Assembly: GCA_964016885.1 (NCBI GenBank)
Contig: OZ024741.1
Location: 71,486,001 to 71,550,000 of the forward strand
Reading direction: 5' to 3'
DNA: 64,000 nucleotides
Origin: Eledone cirrhosa
Taxonomy: Eukaryota
Of the stretch, positions 1 through 11,920 are shown in pieces. The notes under the pieces were generated by a model. It saw only the letters and a program-made list of their open reading frames with translations, was not told the DNA's origin and searched no databases. The position numbers and the translations under genes are program-made. How positions within the stretch are numbered: the first letter of the stretch is position 1; every line of letters begins with the position of its first letter.

Positions 1-2660
1 CAGCAACTCTGAGCGTGAAAAATGTTTCCGAAAGTCATGGGAACTGTGCTGTTTTCTTACTTTGTGGGCATGTCCACGTGTGTTAGACACATGGAAATCG
101 AAAAGGCACTCAGGGTTGTTGTTGGCAACATGGTTAACAATTTTGTGGGTGTTTACCAAGTCAGTTGCCAGGCGTCGGAACTTCAATGAATCCATGCCCA
201 GGGAAGCAAGGCGCTCAGAGTATGGTAGATGCCTGATGGAGGGTATTCGCTTGGTTGCACGTCTCTGAACAGTTTCCAGGCGGTCAATGTCCTGAGCAAG
301 ATAGGGGTTCCAGACTGGTGATGCAAATTCTAAGTGTGGTCGCACCATAGCTGTATACAGCCTTAAATAGATATCTGGAGAGCGGCTGACAAAGGTCTTG
401 CTGAGTGATGCTAAGACACCCTCGACCCTCTTGACAATTTTAGAGACGTGCCTCGTCCAACGCAAATCGCTGCTGACCGTAATGCCCAGGTCACGTTCAC
501 AGGAAGACTTCTTGATATTAGTGCTGTGGAGGGAGTATGTGGACGCTGGGTTTTTACTCCCAAAATGCATGGTGGTGCACTTGTCCACAGCTAGCTTGAG
601 TTGCCAGTTTGAGATCCACTGTTGCATTGTGTCCAGGTCAGACTGCAAGCAAGATCTATAGTGTTCAGGATCTGTCCTTTTTATCTCAAGGTACAGCTTG
701 ATGTCGTCTGCGTACTTTAGTACTGTGGCATTCCTTAAGTTGGCATCTATGTCATTAATATATGCCACAAACAAAAGGGGGCCAAGAACAGATCCCTGAG
801 GTACACCAGATGACATCTCATATGGTGAGGAATGCTGTCCCAGAACCGTGACTACCTCTCTTCGACTGAGAATGAAGGACTTCAACCAGTTAAAAAGATC
901 ATCCTTCACACCCATTGCAGAGAGTTTTGCCATAAGCCTTTTGTGTGGCACAGAATTGAAGGCCTTCGCAAAGTCAAGGTAAACAACATCCACCCATGAG
1001 CCGCCATCAGTGATCCGGGTGATGTCCTCAAGAAACTCTATAAGTTGATCACAGCAGCTGGAGTTGGGGATAAATCCAAATTGCGAGGGCCGGATAAGAC
1101 TGTGAGAGCTCCAGAAGTTCCAAAGTGTTTCTCTGACACAGGATTCCATCAGTTTGGCGATGCAACTAGTAAGACTGACTGGACGATAGTTCACAGGTGA
1201 TGTGCGGTCACCCTTTTTGAACAGAGGAATTACACTGGCAGTTTTCCACTGTTCTGGAGTAGCACTGTTGTTCAGACAGAATTGGAAGAAGCATGATAGC
1301 TGGTGCAGAAGGAAGTACCCACCACGTTTAAGAAGCAGGTACGTAACACCATCAAGACCAGGAGAGGCATGGTTGCGTTTATTTTAGGTGACGTCGCAGC
1401 ATTGCAGGTGTAAATTCCATGGTTGTAATAGAGTCCGGTGTCATAGGTGGTGGAGATGGTACATTCTGGTCTTCAATGGTGAAAATGCCTGCATAGCATT
1501 CAGCAATGAGCTCTGCGCATTCCTTGGGGTCGTCAGTAACCTGGCTTGTGTGGGGATTGCGAAGAGGACCAACTGGAGAGTGAGGCCTCTGCTTTGAGTG
1601 AACATACTTCCAGAACACCTTACTGTCAGGGCTAGTTGCTATGCGCTGCTCAAATTGAAGCACTGCCTTTTTTGTCACCTGTTTGAGGTGGTTGGACGAT
1701 CTATTTCGCCTCTTCCTATTAATGTCTGATTTGTGAAGTTTGTACTCACGTTCAGCATTGCGCCGTTCTTTTCTGGCAAGACGGACTGCTGCAGTCTCCC
1801 AAATTGCGCTTTTAGGATGTTTTTTCCGCTTACGTGGCACCGATGCTGCACATGCTGTCCATATTGAGCTCAGGATGTTCTGGAGTACAGTGTTGACATC
1901 TCCAGAGTCATAGAACTCAAGCCAGTTTGGCCGTTGCAACTCGGTGCAGTAACAGTTCCAGTCTGCTTTATTCTAGTCAAAGTGAGCAGTTTGGAGATGG
2001 TTGTGGTTCTTGTTACTGCCCATGAGGGATAGATTGGCAATGATCATAGCATGATCAGAGTCACCTAAAGGTTCCTCAGCAGTAACACTAATGACCGTTT
2101 CAGGAGTAGTGGTGAAGAGTAGGTCCAAAGTGTTGTCACCTCTCGTTGGGGAGGTGACCACCTGGGACCAACTCGAGTCCAGCACCAGCTCAAGGAAGTC
2201 ATTTGCACTTGGCGGCCAACGAAAGGTCTCCCAGTCAATCTCAGGGTGATTGAAGTCACCTGCAATGAAAACATAAGTGGCTGTCTTCCTGGCAGCAGCT
2301 CTGAGGATATCACAAAGTTGAGTGTCCTGATGGTAATTTGGGGGACGGTAAACGACTCCAAGTAGCAGTGTTGACATGGTCATACGTATATCGCAGAAAA
2401 AAACTTCCTGCTGTGATTGGTTCAAATCAGCACAAGGAATTGCCGACAGATTTGACCGAACGTAGACCATTACACCACCACCACGACGATTAATACGGTC
2501 TTTACGAAACAGGTTGTAGCCAGTCATGCTGAAAACCCCATCACAGAGTAAGGGATGTGCCCAAGTTTCCGTGACTGTAATGAAGTCCGGGTTGATACTT
2601 TTGACGTAGGAGTCAAAAAGATGAATCTTATTGCATAGACTACGTGCATTCAAGGACAAC
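1..2660 (-). mobile_element. CR1-clade LINE ORF2 (APE endonuclease + RT), two in-frame stops, runs off the window
   Basis: LNARSL, VTETW, GDFN, LDL, SDH endonuclease motifs (1973-2659); NYRPVSLTS, GVPQGSVLGPLLF, YADD (703-714); stops at 1973-1975 and 1379-1381. Confidence 0.92.
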
Positions 2661-2875
2661 AGTTTGTACTTTGATTCCAGTCTATGATTATGTGCAGGGG
2701 ATGGCAGGTTGTTCTGATTTAGTTTCCCAGAGTTTTTTCAGTTTCTTTATTGTCAGTTGTTGTGGGTACACTGTTTTCAGACCAGCTGGTGTCTCTTTTC
2801 CATGATTCGCCAGCCTTAACAAACTTCCATACTTGTCTCTTGACAGGACAATGGTGGGAAACTCCCAACAATAGG

Positions 2876-3790
2876 TGATTTTAGAGGCGAGAACCCTCAG
2901 ATTCGGTTTCGAATCTTCGCTGGTAAAACATAGGATAATTAATTCCGTTACAGACCGCATTGCCCGCGTGGTAGAGGGCAGTTGCCTGGCAACATTCCAG
3001 ATGCCAGTCACCCAGTCTCGGTCTCTTCTTGACCCACGAATGCAGCTCAGTCAATGAGACGAGCTGCGAAAAGGCCCATCTGATAAACAGCGACCACACC
3101 TGTTCACCATTTAGGCAGAATATCTGGAGATGCCGCAGCCTTAGGTGACTGGGTTGATGCCCTACCCGTGGCTAACGTTGGTGGCCTACTCAGCTTGGAC
3201 GAACAACGTGTCTCCATTGCCCCCAGAGTGGGAGCTAACGTCTGTACGGGTTTGGCAAACTCCTCGACTCCACGGTCTTTCTTGCCGCCTGAATGCCGGT
3301 CGCATCATGCGTCACGCAGAGCTAAACCTTATTCTCAAGAGAGCTTTAGCCCGGGCAAACATCCTCTCAATCTTGGAACCATCTAGGTTGTCCAGAAGTG
3401 ATGGGAACATAACTGACGGCCTTACTCTGTGCCCCTGGTCGAGAGGCAGATGACTTGTCTGGGACATCACAGTTAATTACTCATTTGCTTCTTCACACAT
3501 CCTGGATGCTGCGGTTAGGGCGAGAGCCACAGCTTCCACAGCCGAACGGAACAAAATCCTAAAATACCGCTCGCCTAACAGGTAACTGGTGAAGCTCACG
3601 AGGGCGCTTGGTTGTTCCAGCGCATCATCCTCGCCATCACTCGAGGTAACGCTGCGAACATGCTGGCTTGCCTCAGAAATCATTATAGTGGTTTCCCAGT
3701 GCTTCTCACGATACGGTTATCTTTTACTCTGGTAGCGGCTCGGTTGTCTACCCCTTTCGTCTGCCTTTTGAGCTTTTGAGGGGGGGGGGG
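2876..3790 (+). mobile_element. 3' fragment of an RLE-type (CRE-like) non-LTR retrotransposon
   Basis: HGLSCR..GR..RH..LN.I..RAL..A.I.S.LEP..L.R.DG...DGLTL.PW..G..LVWD.TV and terminal RGNAANML, typical of the zinc-knuckle + restriction-like endonuclease C-terminus; frameshifted. Confidence 0.7.
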
Positions 3791-4095
3791 GTCTTTCTTT
3801 TCTTTTCTTTTTTTTCTGTTTTCTCTCTCCCTCTCCTTTATATTATATTTGTTTGTGCTTTCGTTCTGTAAGCATTGTATTATTATATCTCTTTTTATAC
3901 AAAGTGAATAAAATATATAAAAGAAGTATAGAAAAATTCAAACCCTATACACACACACACACGTATATATATATATACACACACACAACACATATATTCT
4001 CTCCAACCCTCCAACCTCCTCTCTGAACTTTGCTCTTTCCTGATGAAAGACTTATGTCCGATACATTGAGGCATGTTTGTTTTGTTTCTTCTTGA

Positions 4096-4168
<73 letters not shown>
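4096..4168. repeat. (TG)n microsatellite
   Basis: Long perfect TG run; further (CA)n/(TA)n at about 3948-3986 and 4412-4485. Confidence 0.95.
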
Positions 4169-4172
<4 letters not shown>

Positions 4173-4549
4173 AAAACTCCAGAGTAAACATGACTTATCA
4201 CATAGCCATAATGAAGAATATTTAACTCTACTTCGGTATTGAGTAAGCATTTTCACGGCCGTCCATAAATAACACACGTGTGTATATATATGATATTGAT
4301 GATTGCGAGAATGAGTACTCAGTATCGGAGTAGAGTTTAAATATTTATTTATTATGACTAAATATTGAGTTTTGTTACTCTGGAGTTTCACCACTTAGCC
4401 ATAATAAATGTACACACACACACACACACACACACACACCACACACACACACACACGCACATATATATATATATATATATATATAGTGGTAGAAATCTGG
4501 AAGGTAATATCCGTAGTGGTAGAGCACTCAGTCCAAGGGACGAGTTAGG

Positions 4550-4663
4550 TAGAAGTGGTTACACAACAGTTAGTTCACTATACCGAGAACAATTGTTTCA
4601 CCTCCGCTAAGGTGAAACAATTGTTCTCGGTATGGTGAACTAACTGTTGTGTAACCACTTCTA
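4550..4663. repeat. near-perfect 54-bp-arm palindrome
   Basis: Arms 4550-4603 and 4610-4663, 6-nt loop, one T/G mismatch. Confidence 0.92.
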
Positions 4664-5714
4664 TATATATGTGTGTGTGTGTGTATGTATGTGTATATGT
4701 ATGTATATATAGCTACATTATGTAAAGTGTCTTTCCTTATTTTTAAGTACGTTGGATATGATTTGAGAGAGATTTGTTTACTCTTTTTAACAGGGCGAGT
4801 GAATATTGACTTCGTGTTGTTTAGGACCACGTCAGCCAAGATCAAATAACGGTGTAGAGTTTTTTGGTGGGTTGGGGGATGAGTTTTGAAAAATTAAAAT
4901 TAAAAAAAAACTATTCCTGGTTGTAGCTATTTCCCTTTATTTACATGAATTACCTCCCTTGTATTTAATACAAACAAACAGCTGTTTTGCTCTCTCAAGT
5001 TCACCTTCATCAACACTACCAAAGAAACCTCTATGTGGTCATTTGAATTGCTAGAAATAGCAGCCATATCCCACAAATCACATCATAGAGTCATCATCAT
5101 CATCACTGTTTAATGTCCATTTTTTCCACGACCGTGTCTTGTTTATATAGAACTGTTTCTGGCTTGGTTTCTATGGCTGGTGTGGACTGGGTGTTTTTTG
5201 TCGTGACCCCTACTCAATCACTATACAATGGGGACTAGGCGCTTTTTGTTGTGACACCTAAGTCTAAAAAAGGACACATTAGACAACCTAGATATAAAAA
5301 GTTGGAATGATAATGGCTAGAACACTTTTTATCATAAGTCTGACTGATCAGGGTCGACCTGGGTTAAATAACAAACACTACCACATTTATTACTAGTGTA
5401 ACAATTATCACCATTACCACCACCATCATCATAAACACAGCAACTATCATCACCACTATCACCACCACTATCACCAAAATCATCATCATCATCATCGCTA
5501 ACGCTGCCACCACCGTTAGTAAAAAAGAAAGTAGAAGGCCCTTAACTCCTGATAGAGTCATAGGGGCGCTATCCTGAGCCTATTCCTCTCCAGGTTTGAT
5601 CACAGTCGATTTCTTCCAAAGAAGAAAAAGAGCAAGTGAAAGAGAGAATAGAGCCCAGTACTAAACTGATACTTTATCAACCTTCAAAGGATGAAAAGCA
5701 AAGTTCACCTCTGC

Positions 5715-6080
5715 AACTGGATACCCTTTCTAATGCCAACAGCTTTACAGAATGTACTGGGTGCATTTTATCAAGTCAACTATATTACCATTTTACAGAA
5801 TGCACTGGTTGCTTCCTATCATGGAATTTGCCCTATCACTTTACAGAGTTTACTGGGTGAATTTTATTGTGGCACCAGGACGTCCATATTACAGAGTGTA
5901 TTGGGTGCATTTTATCCAGGCACCAATACTACCACATCACAGAATATACAGATTGCATTTTATCATGACACCAGCACTACCACTTTATAGAGTGTACTGA
6001 GTGCATTTTATCATAGCACTAAGACTATCACTTTACAGAGTGCAATAGATGCATTTGATCCAGGCACTAACACTATTGAG
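5715..6080. repeat. degenerate ~46-bp tandem repeat (SINE-internal module)
   Basis: About 8 copies of TTACAGAGTGTACTGGGTGCATTTTATCATGGCACCAGCACTACCACT-like units; the same module recurs in many dispersed repeats here. Confidence 0.75.
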
Positions 6081-6099
6081 GCAGTGTTGCAAAAAGCCA

Positions 6100-7600
6100 A
6101 TAACAGCCACTGAAATATGGGAGGCATTGACTACCTGCATGAGGGGTACTGTCTAATGCAACTGGCAGCAGAAAGGAGAATTCCCAATTCTATGAGCCAA
6201 GAAGCACTGTCACTGCTGAGAAAAGACCCAAACAAAGGGGATTATACTGATAACTTTAAGCCCATAACTCTACTGAGTTCAAAATTTTGGCCAAGCTTTT
6301 AGTGACGAGGTTGTCAGTGGTCTGGTAGAGGAGGTGCAAACATGTGCCATTCCAAAGAGATCTATGCACAATAACCTTCACCTTATGTGATACATCATAG
6401 AAAGGTGGTTAAGGAACCTGGCTCAGGTGGAGCACTGGTGGTCCTCAAAGCAGCTGGCTTTGGGCCCATTTTCAGAGGATGGATAGCTGCTATGCACAGC
6501 GACGTCTGCTCTGTGGTTAGAGTGAATGGTCACCTCTCAGAACCATTCAACATCTTGCATTCGGCCTGCCAAAGTTGTCCCTTTTCATCCTTGTTGTATG
6601 TATTGAATCTTGAGCCACTACTGCACAAATTGGAGACATTTACGGGCATCCTGTGCAAACTAAGACATGGGAGATCCATGTCAGCTTATGTTGATGATGT
6701 CACCATAGTAGTATTCAGTATCAAACCCAATTAGGTGATCAGCACTGCTCTGAGGGAATACAAAGTGCTGACAGTAGCAAAAATTAACCAGGAAATGTTG
6801 ATGGGCCTGCAGCTCAGCAGCTGGAGAGGCAGGTTGATGCTGTCCAATAGCATCAGCAGGAGCTCGACAGACAGGCGGGTTAAATTGATCAGGGTCTGGT
6901 TTGGTCTGAACCTCCAGATGGACAAAAACTGGAAAGAGGTGATGAACAGAGTCGCCAATCTCACCCAGAAATAGGCTGAGAGGAAGCTATCCCTGAAAGG
7001 TCGAGCAGAGGTGGCAAATGCATATATCGTGTCAATCATCTCTACCACCTGATCACTATCTCTTGTCCTAAGCTCTGTCTGACTGGAAAAGAGAGTCTAC
7101 TCTTTCGCTTCTTGTGGAAGGGACACATTCTGATGGTCAGGAAGTCCACCTGCTCTCAATACCCACTGCATGGAGGACTGGGAGTGCTGTGGCTGATGAT
7201 GCACAAACATGCGCAGAGGTTATGAAATTTCCATCTTTTACTTAACAGTGAACAAGTGTGGTCATTGGTCACTAGATTACTCAGTTCATCTCCTTAACAG
7301 GACAACAGTCCTGGGTCATGTAGAGAACAAGACGGAGCACTTGGTCACTGGAATGTGCACACAACCCTCTACCAATTGGGCAGTGCAATCGGTGGAAACT
7401 CCACATTTGCGTTCTATAGAGATTTAGTGGCGGATAAAAGCAACAATTTTCCTGGGGAAACTAGGTATTGACGAAAATCATCTAGCCACTCTTTTCTGGA
7501 AAATTTATGTCTAGGGCCCATGGATTATTTCCAGAAATTCCGACCTGGGAGCTTTGCCAGTTCCAGATAAACTCTACAGGCATGGAAGTGCCAATAGCCA
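6100..7600 (+). mobile_element. degenerate L1/Tx1-like LINE RT fragment
   Basis: LLRKDPNKGD..DNFKPITLL, GFGP.F..WI, VRVNGHLSEPF, QSCPFSSLLYVL.LEPLL, AYVDDVT across several frames. Confidence 0.75.
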
Positions 7601-8057
7601 GGTGTCAACATTGGCTTATCCTTCCCTCCTAATTGCTGGTCTTGTGCCTAAATCAGAAATTATTATGAAACAGCTTGCTATATTTCAAGTTTCACTGCAC
7701 TGTATTTGCTATAAAGGTTCAATACCCTTGATATAATGTCACTGTATTTGTTATAATGACTCACAGTATTTGATTTTACATTGTTCAGCTTCAATACACA
7801 TATGTATGTATAGATTTTATGTGTTCAACATTGACTTATTAATAACTCAGGGGTCTTTTTTGGCTTTTTATTTCTATTATTTTTAGTTGTGGGATTAAGA
7901 TGTCTGCATTGCAACCATAAGGTTCCAGGTTCTATCCTACTGTTTTGGCCAAGTGTCTTTTATTATAGCCTCAGACAGAGCAATACGTTGCTAAGGAAAT
8001 TGTTAGACAGAAACTGTATGGAAACCTGTTGTATGCACACACGTATGTGTATATATA

Positions 8058-8430
8058 TCATCATCATCGTTTAACATCCATCTTCCACGCTACATGGGTT
8101 AGACGGGAGTTGTCCCACTTGAAGCAAGGTTGGTCAGGTGACCGTGTCTTGCTCATATAGGACTATCTGGCAGGTTTTCTACGGCTGGATGCCCTTCCTA
8201 ACACCAACCACATTTACAGTGTGGACTGGGAACTTTTTACCGTGTTACCTACATGGCCACATTACAGCGTGGACTGTGTGTTTTTTTGTAGTGACACCTA
8301 CACGATCTCAATCTCATTATCTCATTTAACACAAAAGTACAGTTCTGTATGAGCAAGACGCAGTTACCTGACCTGACTTGTCTCAAATGGGGCAACTCAT
8401 CTAACCTATGCTAACATGGTAAATGATGAT
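8058..8430 (-). mobile_element. RTE-3'UTR-derived short repeat
   Basis: Matches the 3'UTR/(GAT)n tail of the RTE copies at 42393-42650 and 54660-54915; another copy at about 63520-63750. Confidence 0.7.
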
Positions 8431-9456
8431 GATGATATATATATATATATATGTATGTGTGTGTATGAGAAAGAGTGTGCGTATACATAGACACACATAC
8501 ATATACAGACAGAGAGAAAGAGTAGGCAATGAGTTTAATGTGGAATTAATGTGCAAGTGGATGTTTATCAAGGCTCAGTTCTCAACACATTTCTGTTTAT
8601 TATAGTTCTACAGGCTGTTACAGAGTACCTTATGACTGGGTATATATGTTAGATCCTGTATGCAAATGACCTATTACTTATAGTTAAATCTGTGGAAGAT
8701 TTAGAAAAGAAATTCTAGATATGGAAATGAAACCTAGAATTGAAAGGCTTCAGAGAAAACTTAGCAAAGAACTAAGTTGTAGTAAGTAAAAAAAAAGACA
8801 AGATGATGCTGTCATCAAGGAAATAGCCATGCTCAATTTAGGTAGAAACTTCATACAGTGCCCCCAGTGTAAATTCTGGGTGCACAAGAGATGTAGCAGG
8901 ATTATAGGAAGGCTAACAGAGAAAAAGGATTTGCGTATGACAAATGCACAGGAGTAATTAGTAGTAGGAGCACCAAAAATCGACCAGCTCACATACACCT
9001 TATTAAATACAATCTGTAAGCAGAACAGTAAAAATATACAAGACTTTTCTAAAATTCAACATGTGACACTCACCGTTTTTGTTATCCAAATTCTAACAAC
9101 AGAGCTTTATTCTTTATTAGATACCAGCTCCTTCCTTAAAGGAAGAATTCAAATAATTAAATGAGGAATAAATATATATGTATACATATGTGCATTTATC
9201 TGCGTGTGTATAATCACTTTTAAAGTATAATAGCTTTGAGATAAGGTGAACCTATTCAAAATAAGGACATTAACCCCAATAGATATGATGAGACGTTTAT
9301 TGTTATCTTCTTCTCTGGTAGACAGGATAGGAGACATGTTGACTGAAATTTTGTCACCTATGGAATATAAAATATTCCACCATGAGCCAATAAGACAGCC
9401 TCGATGTGGTTACTCAATCTGCTAGAAATAAGTGACCATAAAACGATGATAATAAT

Positions 9457-9490
<34 letters not shown>

Positions 9491-9525
9491 ACATTGATAC
9501 ATTTCAAAGTTATATATATATATAT

Positions 9526-9650
9526 CATGACTCATACACTGTTCATTTTCCTGACATTTGTACATTACATTATTCTACGTACTATACATGCACCTTTGAT
9601 GAGTTGTAGTGCACCTGAGCACTGTACACAATAATTTCATTATTATTATT
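9526..9650 (+). mobile_element. CR1 3'-end fragment with (ATT)n tail
   Basis: Reverse-complement match to 29055-29180. Confidence 0.8.
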
Positions 9651-9723
9651 ATATGCGACTTAGTGCTATTGAATTAGCTGTGGCCCAAGCCACAGCTAAT
9701 TCAATAGCACTAAGTCGCATATA
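9650..9723. repeat. perfect 35-bp-arm palindrome
   Basis: TATATGCGACTTAGTGCTATTGAATTAGCTGTGGC-CCAA-reverse complement. Confidence 0.93.
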
Positions 9724-9933
9724 TATATATATATATATACATATATTCATTTTTCATTCATTCATTTTACGTCCACTTTTTCCCTGCTTGCAAGGGTGGG
9801 ACAAGAACTGATTCTGGCTTGATTTCTACAGCTGGATGCCCTTCCTAACACCAACCTCATTTACAGTGAGTGCTGGGTGCTTTTTTGCTGTGGCACCTCC
9901 ACGTCCACTTTGCAGTATATATATATATATATA

Positions 9934-10036
9934 TATAGTGTCCCCCCCAAAATGTATACACACTTTGGTTACCTGTACAGGCAATATCTATTAGAATGCT
10001 GTTGAAGTGTGCATATATTTTTTGAGACACCCTATA
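9934..10036. mobile_element. small Tc1/mariner-type MITE remnant
   Basis: Imperfect TIRs (..GTGTCCCCCCCAAAATGTATACACACT / AGTGTGCATATATTTTTTGAGACACCC) in TA runs. Confidence 0.55.
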
Positions 10037-11920
10037 TATAAGAGATGGCAAAATAAACCGGTCAGCTTTTTCTCAAAGAATCTTACATTTCTGCCTCTGC
10101 TCTCTCTCTCCTCTATCTTTCTATTTCTTCTTTACTTTCTCATTCTATTTTCAGATGAAGCACTGGCATCTTAAACGTTAAGACTTCTACTATATTAATC
10201 ATGAAACTAATATATATCTTCATTGTACTTCATCTGTTGTGTTTTTTTTTCCATTTACTTTTCACACAGGCCGAAGCTGAAGCATATATACAGTATGTAC
10301 AACCCCACCCTCCTATACACCCACCATGAGGTCATGCCGAAATATATATCCTGTGAAGACACCAACCCACACTGTAGTGGTCATGATGGTGACACAGTAA
10401 AAAGCATCTACACTATAAAGTGGTCATGTAGGTGTCACAAAATAAAAAGCACCCAGTACTCACTGTAAATGTGGTTGGCGTGAGGAAGGGCATGCAGCTG
10501 TAGAAATAAGGCCAAAATCAGTTCTATATGAGTAAGACATGGTCACCTGACCTAGTATTGCCCACAAGACATTTCGTCTAACCTTGTGCTAACGTGGAAA
10601 AAGGGACGTAAAACGATGATGATAATGATATATATATATATATATACCCACACGAAATTGTTTCTCTCACGTATAAGTGTGCACTCTGCTTTCCTTTTTG
10701 GTTGGTATCCTAATGATGCAGGCTTAATTAAAGCATTGAGTGAGTGACAGAACGTGCCCCTTTACGTTCCGAGTTCAAATCCCATGAGGTTAACTTTGCC
10801 TTTCATTCTTATGGGATCGATAAAATAAGGTACTGCGTAATTACTGGCCTTGTGCCAATAGTAGAAACAATTATTATATATAGAGAGAGAGTTTGGATGG
10901 GACCACCCATATAAACTCTCATATCTGAAGAAGTATCAATTAAGAGTTGGGAGCCGATCACATGATCAAACCCGAGCTGATCGATATGGAAACAAATTGT
11001 AATCTATATCTATATAAATGCAAGTTTACGATTCTGTGTATATGCCTAAAACTAGCAAACTACCGGACCAAACTCCTCAAAATTACATGTACATATTCAC
11101 TATACACTCGGACAGGTAACAGTCGAAAAAGTTTTACTTTGCAAAGCAAGGAATTCATTTAAATTCAATTTATCTTATTTTCTAATGAATATCAAAAGAG
11201 ATCATCCATTTTGCTTTTTTATGTTCTCGTCTATAGATAAGAGAGTGAGGGATGGGATGAGAGAGAAAGGGAGAGAGTGGCAGATGGGAGAGAGAGTAAG
11301 GCGATGAGAGATAGTGTGAGTGGGAGAGAGAGTAAGGGGATGTGAGAGAGAAAGAAAGAGAGTAAGAGATGAGAGAGAGAGTGGGAGATGGGAGAGAGAG
11401 AGAGTAAGGGGATGTGAGAGAGAAAGAAAGAGAGTAAGGGGATGGGAGAGAATGACGATGAAAGAGAGAGAGAGAAAGTAACCAGCGTTCTTAACTTTTA
11501 TTTATTTATTATTTTTACACACTTTTTAACTCTCCCGCTTCCTTAACGTTATTAATCTTTGGATTGGCAGTATCGGTAGAGGGTCGGATGCCATGCGTTG
11601 AAGCATAGAGTTACCTCTCTGTATGATCTGAGTTCAAATCCCGCCGAGGTTAACTTTGCCTTTCATCCTTCCGGGGTCGATAAAATAAAGTACCAGTAAT
11701 GCACTGTGTGATTTCTGGCCTTGTGCCAAAAGTAGAAACAGTTATTTATCTTTTCGATAAAATAAAGTACCAGTAATGTACTGGTGTTTAGCTGGCCTTG
11801 TGCCAATAGTAGAAACAGTTATTTATCTTTTCATTATTTTTTGTTCTCTATTCCGTAGAGAGAGGGGGGATGAGAGAGAGAGGGGGAAAGTAACCAGCGT
11901 TCTTAACTTTTATTTATTTA

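Noticed and set aside
3895-5561. ORFs with HTHT, YIYI or poly-M/V content
   Set aside because: Translations of (CA)n, (TA)n and (CAT/CAC)n simple repeats.
9074-9137. Exon-like segment on minus (TTTAAG| ... ACG|GTGAGT)
   Set aside because: No recognisable protein and no partner exons; it could be a UTR exon of a gene outside the window, but the sequence cannot support that.
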